From Candidatus Omnitrophota bacterium (GTDB lineage Bacteria; Omnitrophota; Gorgyraeia; Zapsychrales; JANLHA01), in NCBI GenBank assembly GCA_963662715.1, contig OY759724.1:2370001-2402000 (forward strand): a stretch of DNA of 32,000 nucleotides, written 5' to 3'. A program made the position numbers and the translations under genes. The notes under the pieces are model-generated. The model had not been told where the DNA came from. It ran no database searches and saw only the letters and a program-made list of their open reading frames with translations. Shown in pieces: positions 22,372 to 30,030 of the stretch (the stretch's first letter is position 1; each line of letters begins with the position of its first letter).

Positions 22372-22490
22372 TAAAAGCCGTCCAATCCCCTAAAAGACGC
22401 GTTGTGGTGACCGGGCTGGGCGTTGTGTCCTCTATCGGCATAGGCTGGCAGGAATTCTGGAAGAATATTATTGCCGAAGAATTTACCTGA
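22368..22490 (+). pseudogene. 40-codon N-terminal remnant of a beta-ketoacyl-ACP synthase (not in ORF track)
   Basis: My translation is MIKAVQSPKRRVVVTGLGVVSSIGIGWQEFWKNIIAEEFT*. ATGA overlap with the FabZ-like stop. Residues 12-31 are identical to residues 8-27 of the intact KAS at 23717. It then diverges and stops. Confidence 0.8.
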
Positions 22491-22568
22491 ATTTGTTGTA
22501 GATTTAGAGTAAAAAATTTTTTGTAACCTTGGGTGACTTATAAAAGAACTCAAAAGAGAGGGGTAAAG

Positions 22569-23720
22569 ATGTTCAATGATGTAGAATCAAAGATTAAAGC
22601 TATTTATAATAAAAAGTATTATGAGGTTTTTCATCTAGGGAAGGTTTTTACCGTGGAACTTGTGCGGAAGATATTAATCGAATCTTTAATTGTAGAAAAA
22701 TTATCTCAAAAAGAAAGTACATTGCAACAAATTAAAGATGAATTAATATTTGCTGATAATTCAATCCCCGCATTAAGATGGCTGATGGAGTTTGCCTGTG
22801 AAGAAGAATTAATTAATAAAGAATTTTTCAATGAAGAATGGAGATATTCTTTAAAAGGAGAATTTTTAAAAAGAGACCTACAGTTACTTGCTAATAATAT
22901 TTTAGATCTTGATCCTGGTTGGAAGACATTTATTCAGTTGATGCGGATAGTTGCTGATGATTATCCATTATTTTTTAAAGGAAAAAAGACTGGAATAGAA
23001 ATTTTATTTGCAAAAGACCGCGCTCATTATTGGGATGCTTATTTTGGAAACGTTTATAGTGCGTATACTGCTTATAATGAGTTTGGGGCTTTATTAGCTT
23101 CAGAAGTTATTGCTTTGAAAGAACATCCTTTAATTTTAGAAATAGGCGCGGGAACGGGAGGTGCGACTGAAAAGTTGCTAGATTTATTGAAAAAAAGAGA
23201 CCTTTTGTCGAGAATGAGTCAATATATTTACTCTGATATTTCTCCTCTTTTTTTGAGAACTGGAAATAAAGTTTTGATGAGATATCTTGGCCCTGATATG
23301 GATTATGATTTATTTAAAGTAGATTTTAACAAATCTTTCACAAATCAAAAAATTAAAGAAGAAAGTGTTGATGTTGTGTATGGTGTAAATGCCTTGCATG
23401 TATCGAAGAATTTATTGCAAACATTGAATTCTATAAAAGAGATATTAAAACCAGAAGGATATTTAGTTGTTTGTGAGGTTATTCGATCTCAAAAAAACAA
23501 ACCGTTATTTTTAGAACTCATTTTTAACATATTAGATTCATATACACAAGTTGATATTGATCCCGATTACAGATTTTCTCATGGCTTTTTAACCTTTGAA
23601 GAATGGAAACGTGCTTTAGAAATAGCAGGTTATGCTAAGGTTGAAATTTATGATAATGTTTGTGGCAATTCCCAGGAAAAACAGGAAATAATAGCCGGTG
23701 TTATTGTGGGACAAAAATGA
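22569..23720 (+). CDS. Class I SAM-dependent methyltransferase (Methyltransf_12 / PKS C-methyltransferase-like) with ~180-aa N-terminal helical extension
   Basis: Motif I ILEIGAGTGGATEKLL, post-I YSDISP, VVYGVNALHVSKNLLQTLNSIKEILKPEGYLVVCE. Start set at the ATG at 22569, preceded by gagagggg. The track start 22533 is a GTG. Confidence 0.8.
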   Translation: MFNDVESKIKAIYNKKYYEVFHLGKVFTVELVRKILIESLIVEKLSQKESTLQQIKDELIFADNSIPALRWLMEFACEEELINKEFFNEEWRYSLKGEFLKRDLQLLANNILDLDPGWKTFIQLMRIVADDYPLFFKGKKTGIEILFAKDRAHYWDAYFGNVYSAYTAYNEFGALLASEVIALKEHPLILEIGAGTGGATEKLLDLLKKRDLLSRMSQYIYSDISPLFLRTGNKVLMRYLGPDMDYDLFKVDFNKSFTNQKIKEESVDVVYGVNALHVSKNLLQTLNSIKEILKPEGYLVVCEVIRSQKNKPLFLELIFNILDSYTQVDIDPDYRFSHGFLTFEEWKRALEIAGYAKVEIYDNVCGNSQEKQEIIAGVIVGQK

Positions 23721-24925
23721 TTATGAAAGAAAAAAAAGTTGTTGTTACAGGGCTAGGAGTTGTTTCCTCTATTGGTATAGGTTGGCAGGAATTTTGGGGG
23801 AATCTTTTAGCTGGGAAATCAGGGATTAGCAGGGTATCTTCTTTTGATACTTCAGAATATGATCGTCATAATGCTGGAGAAGTAAAGATTTTTAAATCAA
23901 GAAAATTTATTGCTGAAAAGAAATCTAAAAGATTGGGCAGATCTTCCCAAATGGCTATAGCTGCGAGTTTGCTTGCTCTAGAAGATGCGAAAATAGTCGT
24001 TAACGATCAAATATCTAAGAAAGGAATTGTCTGTGTCGGCACGACAACAGGAGAAATCGGGATTTTTATTAAATATCATGATAATAAATTTAGAGGTGAA
24101 GTAAAATTTGACTCTAATCTAATATCTGTTTTTCCTGCGAACTCAGTTGCCTCAAATATTGCTATTCAAAATGATTTTCGAAGTCAAAATATTACTTTTG
24201 GCACAGCATGTGCCTCGGGTAATTATGCAATATCTTACGCATTTGATTTAATTAAATCTGGACAGGCTGATTATGCTTTGGTCGGTGGTAGTGATGTCTT
24301 TTCAAGAATGGTCTTTGCGGGATTTTGTAAATTATTTGCAGTTGCCCCCCAGATGTGCCAACCTTTTGATAAGAATAGGAAAGGTATGATCCCAGCAGAG
24401 GGAGCTGGGTGCCTTTTTTTAGAATCTCTTATGTCTGCGAAGGAACGAAATGTAGATATATATGCAGAGATTTTGGGATACGGATTGTCTTGTGATGCTT
24501 TTCATATGACTAAGCCTTCACCAGAGGGAATCTTTAAGGCAATTAAAAAAGCAATCGTGAATTCTGATATTTCACCATCTGATATTGATTATGTTTCTGC
24601 ACATGGCACGGGTACTAGAGAAAATGATATTGCCGAGTGTGCGGCAGTAAAGAAAATATTGAAGAACAATGTTCCTATGAGTTCAATAAAATCAATGTTA
24701 GGCCATACTTTGGGAGCTGCTTCTGCTATTGAAGCTATCTCTTGTTGTTTATCCGTTTCTACGGATCAGATTCCCCCAACTATAAATTATGAAACTCCCG
24801 ACCCGTTATGTGATGTTGACTGTGTGCCGAATGTTAGTAGAAATAAAAAAGTACGAGTGGTATTGAATAATTCGTTAGCTTTTGGGGGAAATAATTGTTG
24901 CGTGATTTTTAAAAAAATTGATTAG
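23717..24925 (+). CDS. Beta-ketoacyl-ACP synthase, elongating (FabF/FabB-like, Cys-His-His) of a non-housekeeping subfamily
   Basis: KKVVVTGLGVVSSIG, active-site Cys in GTACASGNYA, His in VSAHGTGT and SMLGHTLGAAS, C-terminal AFGGNNCCVIFKK. ATGA overlap with the methyltransferase stop. The track start 23660 lies inside the upstream gene. Confidence 0.88.
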   Translation: MIMKEKKVVVTGLGVVSSIGIGWQEFWGNLLAGKSGISRVSSFDTSEYDRHNAGEVKIFKSRKFIAEKKSKRLGRSSQMAIAASLLALEDAKIVVNDQISKKGIVCVGTTTGEIGIFIKYHDNKFRGEVKFDSNLISVFPANSVASNIAIQNDFRSQNITFGTACASGNYAISYAFDLIKSGQADYALVGGSDVFSRMVFAGFCKLFAVAPQMCQPFDKNRKGMIPAEGAGCLFLESLMSAKERNVDIYAEILGYGLSCDAFHMTKPSPEGIFKAIKKAIVNSDISPSDIDYVSAHGTGTRENDIAECAAVKKILKNNVPMSSIKSMLGHTLGAASAIEAISCCLSVSTDQIPPTINYETPDPLCDVDCVPNVSRNKKVRVVLNNSLAFGGNNCCVIFKKID

Positions 24926-24945
24926 TTAAAAAGTGGTGAGAATCT

Positions 24946-26046
24946 ATGAAAAAAGCCGCAATGTTGTTTCATCCCCCGAATTTGACAATTGTTGATGAAA
25001 CCGTTGTCAAGGTTATGCCTTTTTTAAAGAATTTATACTCTCGTATTTCAGAAATTAAGAAAAAAAATTTTTTTAGAAGATGTCCACCCTTTAAATTTTT
25101 TAATGTTGATAATTTTGAGTCAGTAACTGGGAAAAAGATTGGATTACTTGGGGTTATGCTTCCGTGGTTCCCAGAACAATTAGTGTCTGGAGATCGTCAA
25201 GTAGTTCAAAAAGAAATTCTTAAAGCAATTTCTTTGGCAAAAAAGAATAAAGCAGAAATTATTACTTTGGGGGCTTTTACATCTATAGTAACGAATCAAG
25301 GGAAAGATTTGGTTGGGAAAACACCCATTGCAATAACTAGCGGAAATACTTATACGGCAGCTTTGTGTATCCGTTCTATTTTTGAAATATGTCAAAAATT
25401 AGAGGTTGATTTAAATAAGGTCAGCTTATGTATTGTTGGGGCAACTGGAGATATTGGTAGTATGTGTGCGAAAGTCCTTTCAAAATATGTTAAGAAATTA
25501 ATTTTATGTTCAAGAAGTATTTCAAACACAAGTGAAATTGTTGTTGAGATTGAGAGAAATATGAACAAAAGGCCAATCATTATGAATCAGCAAGATGAGG
25601 CAGTTAGAGAAGGCGACATTATTATTAGCGCAACTAGTTCGTGGGGGTTGTTATTTAATCATTTAGATTTAAAGCCTGGGACGATATTATGTGATATCTC
25701 TATGCCGCCGAATGTCGCTAGAAATATTCGAAAGGAACGAAAGGATATTTTAGCTTATTCAGGGGGAAGAGCACAGTTTTTAAATTTTATGCATATCAAG
25801 AATCCTATTTGGAAGGCAATGTTTCCTACTAATAATATATATGGTTGTATGGTAGAATCACTAATTTTGGCATTAGAAGATAGATTTGAGAATTTTTCTT
25901 TGGGAAGAGCCACTTCTGATGAGAAAAAAATAGACGAGATATATGACTTGGGGATAAAACATGGTTTTTCTCTAGCAAAATTTAATAATTTTAATTATAT
26001 TTATTCAATAGAAGATTTTAATTATATCAAATCAATTTTACATTAA
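24946..26046 (+). CDS. Acyl-ACP reductase (cyanobacterial AAR)-like NAD(P)-dependent reductase
   Basis: LGAFTSIV, ITSGNTYTAALC, VGATGDIGSMCAKVL (Rossmann), IYGCMVESLILALE (Cys301 at 25846-25848), NFSLGR...IDEIYDLGIKHGF. These parallel AAR blocks LGGFTSII, TTGNTHTAYV, VGATGDIGSAV, FACFAEAMLLEFE, NFSWGR...ASVRHGF, which I recalled from memory. Confidence 0.7.
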   Translation: MKKAAMLFHPPNLTIVDETVVKVMPFLKNLYSRISEIKKKNFFRRCPPFKFFNVDNFESVTGKKIGLLGVMLPWFPEQLVSGDRQVVQKEILKAISLAKKNKAEIITLGAFTSIVTNQGKDLVGKTPIAITSGNTYTAALCIRSIFEICQKLEVDLNKVSLCIVGATGDIGSMCAKVLSKYVKKLILCSRSISNTSEIVVEIERNMNKRPIIMNQQDEAVREGDIIISATSSWGLLFNHLDLKPGTILCDISMPPNVARNIRKERKDILAYSGGRAQFLNFMHIKNPIWKAMFPTNNIYGCMVESLILALEDRFENFSLGRATSDEKKIDEIYDLGIKHGFSLAKFNNFNYIYSIEDFNYIKSILH

Positions 26047-26051
26047 TAATT

Positions 26052-28247
26052 ATGATAGGTAATTTAGAGAATATATTATCAATAGCCACTTTTGTGACAT
26101 TTTTGTTGTTTTTAGTGTTAGCCATTTTCCTTGTTACAAAAAATATAAGATCCTCCACCAATATTTCTTTTTCTCTCGTTTGTGTAAGTGCCTCAATTTG
26201 GTCTTTAAACTATTCAATAGCATACAGATCTGTCGATACTGATGTAGCTTTATTTTGGTTTAAGATAGGATATGTTGGAGTTATGTTTATTGCTATTACT
26301 TATTTTCATTTTGCGATAGTCTTTCTAAGACTAAAGAACATGTTCAAATATGTAAGCTTAAACTATATAGCAGGAATTTTCTTAACAGGGCTACTTTTAA
26401 ATTCTAATATGCTTATTAGTGGCCTTAATGTATTTTCTTGGGGAAGATATCCGAAGGCCGGAAGTTTGCACCCGATCTTTTTGTTGTATTTTTTTGCATT
26501 AGTAAATATCGCAACGATTCAATTAGCAGTAGCTTTTATCAAAAAAAGGAAGACAATTCCTTTAACGCAGGTTCAGCAGCTAAAATATATATTGTTCGCT
26601 TTTAGTATTTATACAATAAATTCTATAGATTTCATTCCTAATTATGGAATTAGTATCCTCCCTGTCGGGTTCATCCCGGCAACGATTTTTATGAGTATAA
26701 TCGTTTATAGTATTGTTAAATTCCGCCTGATGGATATCTCCGTCGCCATCACTCGTACAAGTATTTTCGTCGCAGTTTATTCTCTTGTCCTTGGTATTCC
26801 TTTTGCTCTTGCCTTTGGGTGGCGTGCCCGTCTGCAGAATATTCTGGGGGAGGGGTGGTGGTTGGCGCCTTTAGTTAGTTCTACGGTTTTAGCCACAGCC
26901 GGGCCGTTTATTTATCTTTACATCCAGAAAAGAGCGGAAAACCGCCTGTTCCAGGAGCAGAAAAGGTATCAATCCACCTTGAGGCAGGCTTCGGCCGGTA
27001 TGGGCCGGATAAAAGATTTAAACCGTTTGGTGAACTTGATCGTCCACATCGTCAGCAGGACTGTCCGCTTGGAACATGCTTTGGTGTATTTGCAGGACCC
27101 GCAGACGCGGACATATGTTTTAAAGGCTCATCGAAGCCGGGCTGTAAGGTTCAAAACCCAGGATGTTATCGAGAGTAATTCAGAAATTGTCAAAGTGTTA
27201 AACCGGGAGCGGGAGCCTGTCGTCTATGAGGAGATTAAACAGCAGACCCAGGATTACGGGGATTTGAAGCTGGCCCGTTTGGAAACGGAATTAGCCGCTA
27301 TTAATGCTGCTTTGGTGGTGCCTTGTTATATTGATGAAAAATTGCTGGCGATGATTATCCTCGGCAGAAAGATGTCGAATGATTTATATTCTGAAAGCGA
27401 CCTTGCTGTTTTCTCCATCCTGGCTAATCAGGCGGCCTTGGCCATGGAAAATGCGATGTTTTATGAAGAAATGAAAAACACCCATGCCCAGCTTATGAAA
27501 GCGGAAAAAATGGCAACGATCGGGACCATGGCGGACGGGCTTTCCCATCAGATTAATAACCGCCTTCACGCCTTGGGCTTTATTGCCGGAGATGCTCTGG
27601 ATACGATAAAGTACAAAAAAGACGTGCTTATGAAAGACCCGGAAGTGAAGGAAATTATGGTTGACCTGGAGCATGCTTTGAATAGAATAGAGGATAATGT
27701 GACGCAGGGCGGAGAAATTGTCCGGGGCTTGTTGAAATATACCCGTAAGGGAGAGGAAGGCTTTTCCGATCTGGAGTTTGACCAGCTGATCAATGCTTCT
27801 GTGGAGATGACCCAATTTAAGATCAAGCCGGGAGAGCTGCAGATCTTAAGAGAGTACGGCGCGGACATTCCGAAAATAAAGGGGAATTTTACCCAGCTTC
27901 AGGAAGTGTTCTTTAACCTCATTGATAATGCTTATGATGCGATGATGCAGAGGAAAGCCGAGCTTAAAGAAAAAGAATATAGCCCGACGATTAAGATTTT
28001 CGCTCAGGGGGATAATAACGGCGGGATAAATATCCGCTTTGAAGACAACGGGATCGGTATTAAGGACGAAGATAAGATGAAGCTTTTTACCCCGTTCTTT
28101 ACGACGAAATTATCGAGTAAGAAAGGCACGGGGCTGGGCCTTTATGTCATTCAGAAGCTGATCGAAGAAAATCATGAAGGGAAAGTCGCCTACAGTTCCG
28201 TGTATCAGCAGGGGACGAATGTATCGATTTATCTTCATTCTGTTTAA
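26052..28247 (+). CDS. Sensor histidine kinase: N-terminal 7TM sensor region, GAF, HisKA, HATPase_c
   Basis: 731 aa with ~7-8 hydrophobic helices in the first ~290 aa. GAF-like segment LVNLIVHIVSRTVRLEHALVYL...AALVVPC. H-box MADGLSHQINNRLHAL, N-box FNLIDNAYDAM, G-boxes EDNGIGI and GTGLGLYV. Starts 5 nt after the AAR-like stop. Confidence 0.88.
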   Translation: MIGNLENILSIATFVTFLLFLVLAIFLVTKNIRSSTNISFSLVCVSASIWSLNYSIAYRSVDTDVALFWFKIGYVGVMFIAITYFHFAIVFLRLKNMFKYVSLNYIAGIFLTGLLLNSNMLISGLNVFSWGRYPKAGSLHPIFLLYFFALVNIATIQLAVAFIKKRKTIPLTQVQQLKYILFAFSIYTINSIDFIPNYGISILPVGFIPATIFMSIIVYSIVKFRLMDISVAITRTSIFVAVYSLVLGIPFALAFGWRARLQNILGEGWWLAPLVSSTVLATAGPFIYLYIQKRAENRLFQEQKRYQSTLRQASAGMGRIKDLNRLVNLIVHIVSRTVRLEHALVYLQDPQTRTYVLKAHRSRAVRFKTQDVIESNSEIVKVLNREREPVVYEEIKQQTQDYGDLKLARLETELAAINAALVVPCYIDEKLLAMIILGRKMSNDLYSESDLAVFSILANQAALAMENAMFYEEMKNTHAQLMKAEKMATIGTMADGLSHQINNRLHALGFIAGDALDTIKYKKDVLMKDPEVKEIMVDLEHALNRIEDNVTQGGEIVRGLLKYTRKGEEGFSDLEFDQLINASVEMTQFKIKPGELQILREYGADIPKIKGNFTQLQEVFFNLIDNAYDAMMQRKAELKEKEYSPTIKIFAQGDNNGGINIRFEDNGIGIKDEDKMKLFTPFFTTKLSSKKGTGLGLYVIQKLIEENHEGKVAYSSVYQQGTNVSIYLHSV

Positions 28248-28295
28248 TGTCATGTGTTAATATAAAATGCAGTTGTTATTAGAAAGGATAGGGAG

Positions 28296-28661
28296 ATGCC
28301 CAAGCTGTTGATCGTTGATGATGAGATGGATATACGCGAATTCGCGAGAAACTTTTTTAAAAAAAGAGGCATAAACGTGTTCACGGCCAGCGGTGGCGGT
28401 GATGCTTCGGAAATCATTGAGAACGAAAAGCCCGATTTGATTCTGCTGGATGTGCGTATGGAAGAGATCACCGGGGTGGAGCTGCTTAGAGATATCCGGC
28501 AGAAAGGGAATGATACAAAAGTTATTATGGTAAGCGGGGTGGAAGATGATTCTATCATTGACGAATCAAAAACACTGGGAATTTTGGGTTTTATTCATAA
28601 ACCGCTTATTTTGGATGAGCTGGAGAAGATCGTTTTAAAAGAGCTCCAGCAAGAGCAGTAA
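28296..28661 (+). CDS. Stand-alone response regulator receiver (CheY-like)
   Basis: KLLIVDDE, DLILLDVRM (phospho-Asp), VIMVSG, FIHKP. No output domain. Confidence 0.9.
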   Translation: MPKLLIVDDEMDIREFARNFFKKRGINVFTASGGGDASEIIENEKPDLILLDVRMEEITGVELLRDIRQKGNDTKVIMVSGVEDDSIIDESKTLGILGFIHKPLILDELEKIVLKELQQEQ

Positions 28662-28724
28662 CTCTTCAATGAATATCTCGTCTGAAAACCCAAACACATT
28701 TTTCCTTGAATAGATCATATCGTT

Positions 28725-29921
28725 ATGGCTATGACAAAGCATAAGAGAATCGATTATAAAAGAGAGCTGGAGGCCGCCAGCAAGGGCATGATCATGATCC
28801 ATGACCCGAAGCTCCTGATCAAGCTCATTGTGCGTATGATCGTGAATAAAGTCATGATCAAGCATGCCGGTATGATCCTTTATGAACCGGAGAAAGACGC
28901 TTATGTGTTAAGCATTTCCCGGGGGGAGACGGGGTTTAAAGTCCCGGCGGGGTTTGCCCGTTTTAGCACAAACCATTCGGTTATCAAATTATTTACCGAA
29001 AAAGAATACCGGGCGCTTACCATAAACAAGAATGCCATTCTTGTCCAGGATCTCAACAGGCTGATCTGGCAGGAGAGTATCCTGAACAGTAAAAACGGCA
29101 ATCAGCAGCTTCTGCATGACGTGGGGGAGCAGATGCAGATGTTTAATGCGGTTGCTTGTGTTCCGGCTTATTATCAGGACAAGTTGCTCGCCGTCCTGTT
29201 GCTGGGCGAGAAGAACGACGGCAACAGCTTTGATCAGGAAGAACTGGATTTTTTTGCTGCTTTAGCTTCGGATGTCGCGATGGCTATCCGGAACGCCCAG
29301 CTGTTTATGGATCTTAAACGGGAGTCGGAAAAGAACCATGACTTGTTTCTCAGGACGATGATGGTTTTAGGGCAGGCGATTGAAGTTAAAGACAAATATA
29401 CACATGGCCATACCAAAAGGGTGACGGATTTTGCCGTTGCCATTGCCAAGCAAATGATCCTTAACGGATCGGCGGATTTTGATGACGTTTTCCTGGAGGA
29501 TTTGTATATCGCCGGAATGCTGCATGATATCGGGAAGATCGGGGTGCCGGAAGAAGTCCTTAACAAGAATGGCCGGCTCTCAAAAGAGGAATATGAAATT
29601 ATCAAGCTTCATCCCCAGTACGGCGTGGAAATTTTATCCCCGCTGTCTGAATTGAAGCAGAGTCTGGACGGAGTCCATTACCACCACGAAAGGTATGACG
29701 GTGCCGGCTACCCGGAAGGGTTGAAGGGAGCCGAAATCCCGATCGTGGCGATGATCATTTCTGTTGCAGATGCGTTTGACGCGATGACGACCGACCGTCC
29801 TTACCGCCCGGGCATGACAAAAGGACAGGGTGTTGAAGAAGTCAAGAGAAACTCCGGGACCCAATTTCACCCCAAGCCTGTCCAGGCCTTAGTCGAATTG
29901 TTCGAAATGGGCCGCTTGTAA
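28725..29921 (+). CDS. GAF domain-containing HD-GYP phosphodiesterase (c-di-GMP hydrolase family)
   Basis: GAF-like N-terminal half (ACVPAYYQDKLLAVLLLGEK). HD-GYP half has THGHTKRV, MLHDIGKIGVP, HHERYDGAGYPEGL and DAFDAMTTDRPYR. Confidence 0.9.
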   Translation: MAMTKHKRIDYKRELEAASKGMIMIHDPKLLIKLIVRMIVNKVMIKHAGMILYEPEKDAYVLSISRGETGFKVPAGFARFSTNHSVIKLFTEKEYRALTINKNAILVQDLNRLIWQESILNSKNGNQQLLHDVGEQMQMFNAVACVPAYYQDKLLAVLLLGEKNDGNSFDQEELDFFAALASDVAMAIRNAQLFMDLKRESEKNHDLFLRTMMVLGQAIEVKDKYTHGHTKRVTDFAVAIAKQMILNGSADFDDVFLEDLYIAGMLHDIGKIGVPEEVLNKNGRLSKEEYEIIKLHPQYGVEILSPLSELKQSLDGVHYHHERYDGAGYPEGLKGAEIPIVAMIISVADAFDAMTTDRPYRPGMTKGQGVEEVKRNSGTQFHPKPVQALVELFEMGRL

Positions 29922-30030
29922 ATGAGCATATTGTGATGACTTTCTTCTTATGAGGTGGGGTGGATAAGATGGCCGGGGAGTTTGATCTGAAACTCTGTTT
30001 CGAAAGAATCATTAAAAGGCAGATTTTAAA

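Larger units (their letters stand above)
22461..26760. other. Compositionally distinct low-GC block (putative horizontally acquired or recombined segment). Boundaries approximate.
   Basis: My spot counts of 60-nt lines: 27% GC at 23281-23340, 28% at 25081-25140 and 30% at 26101-26160. Outside the block: 50% at 16261-16320, 62% at 20041-20100 and 58% at 26821-26880. Confidence 0.65.

Noticed and set aside
22338-22553. 71-aa minus-strand ORF spanning the FabZ-like/KAS-remnant junction
   Set aside because: It is antisense to the plus-strand KAS remnant, whose 20-residue identity to the intact KAS cannot be chance. The minus-strand frame has no recognisable features.
23717-24925. The intact KAS as simply the housekeeping fabF of the fab cluster
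   Set aside because: It lacks the FabF-type insertion around the RNDNPQAASRPWD region (it reads AVAPQMCQPFD) and has the atypical SSIGIGWQEFW N-terminus. It also sits in the low-GC block between a methyltransferase and an AAR-like gene. Xenologous replacement of a housekeeping gene cannot be excluded without the rest of the genome.
22461-26760. Whether the low-GC block is a classical mobile element (IS, integron cassette, genomic island with integrase)
   Set aside because: I found no transposase, integrase or recombinase ORF, no terminal inverted repeats and no flanking direct repeats by eye. It is reported as a recombination patch or possible assembly chimera instead.
29922-30030. Possible bidirectional terminator between the convergent HD-GYP and receiver genes
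   Set aside because: Only a 5-bp hairpin (gaaac-tct-gtttc) with no clear U-tract, which is too weak to call.
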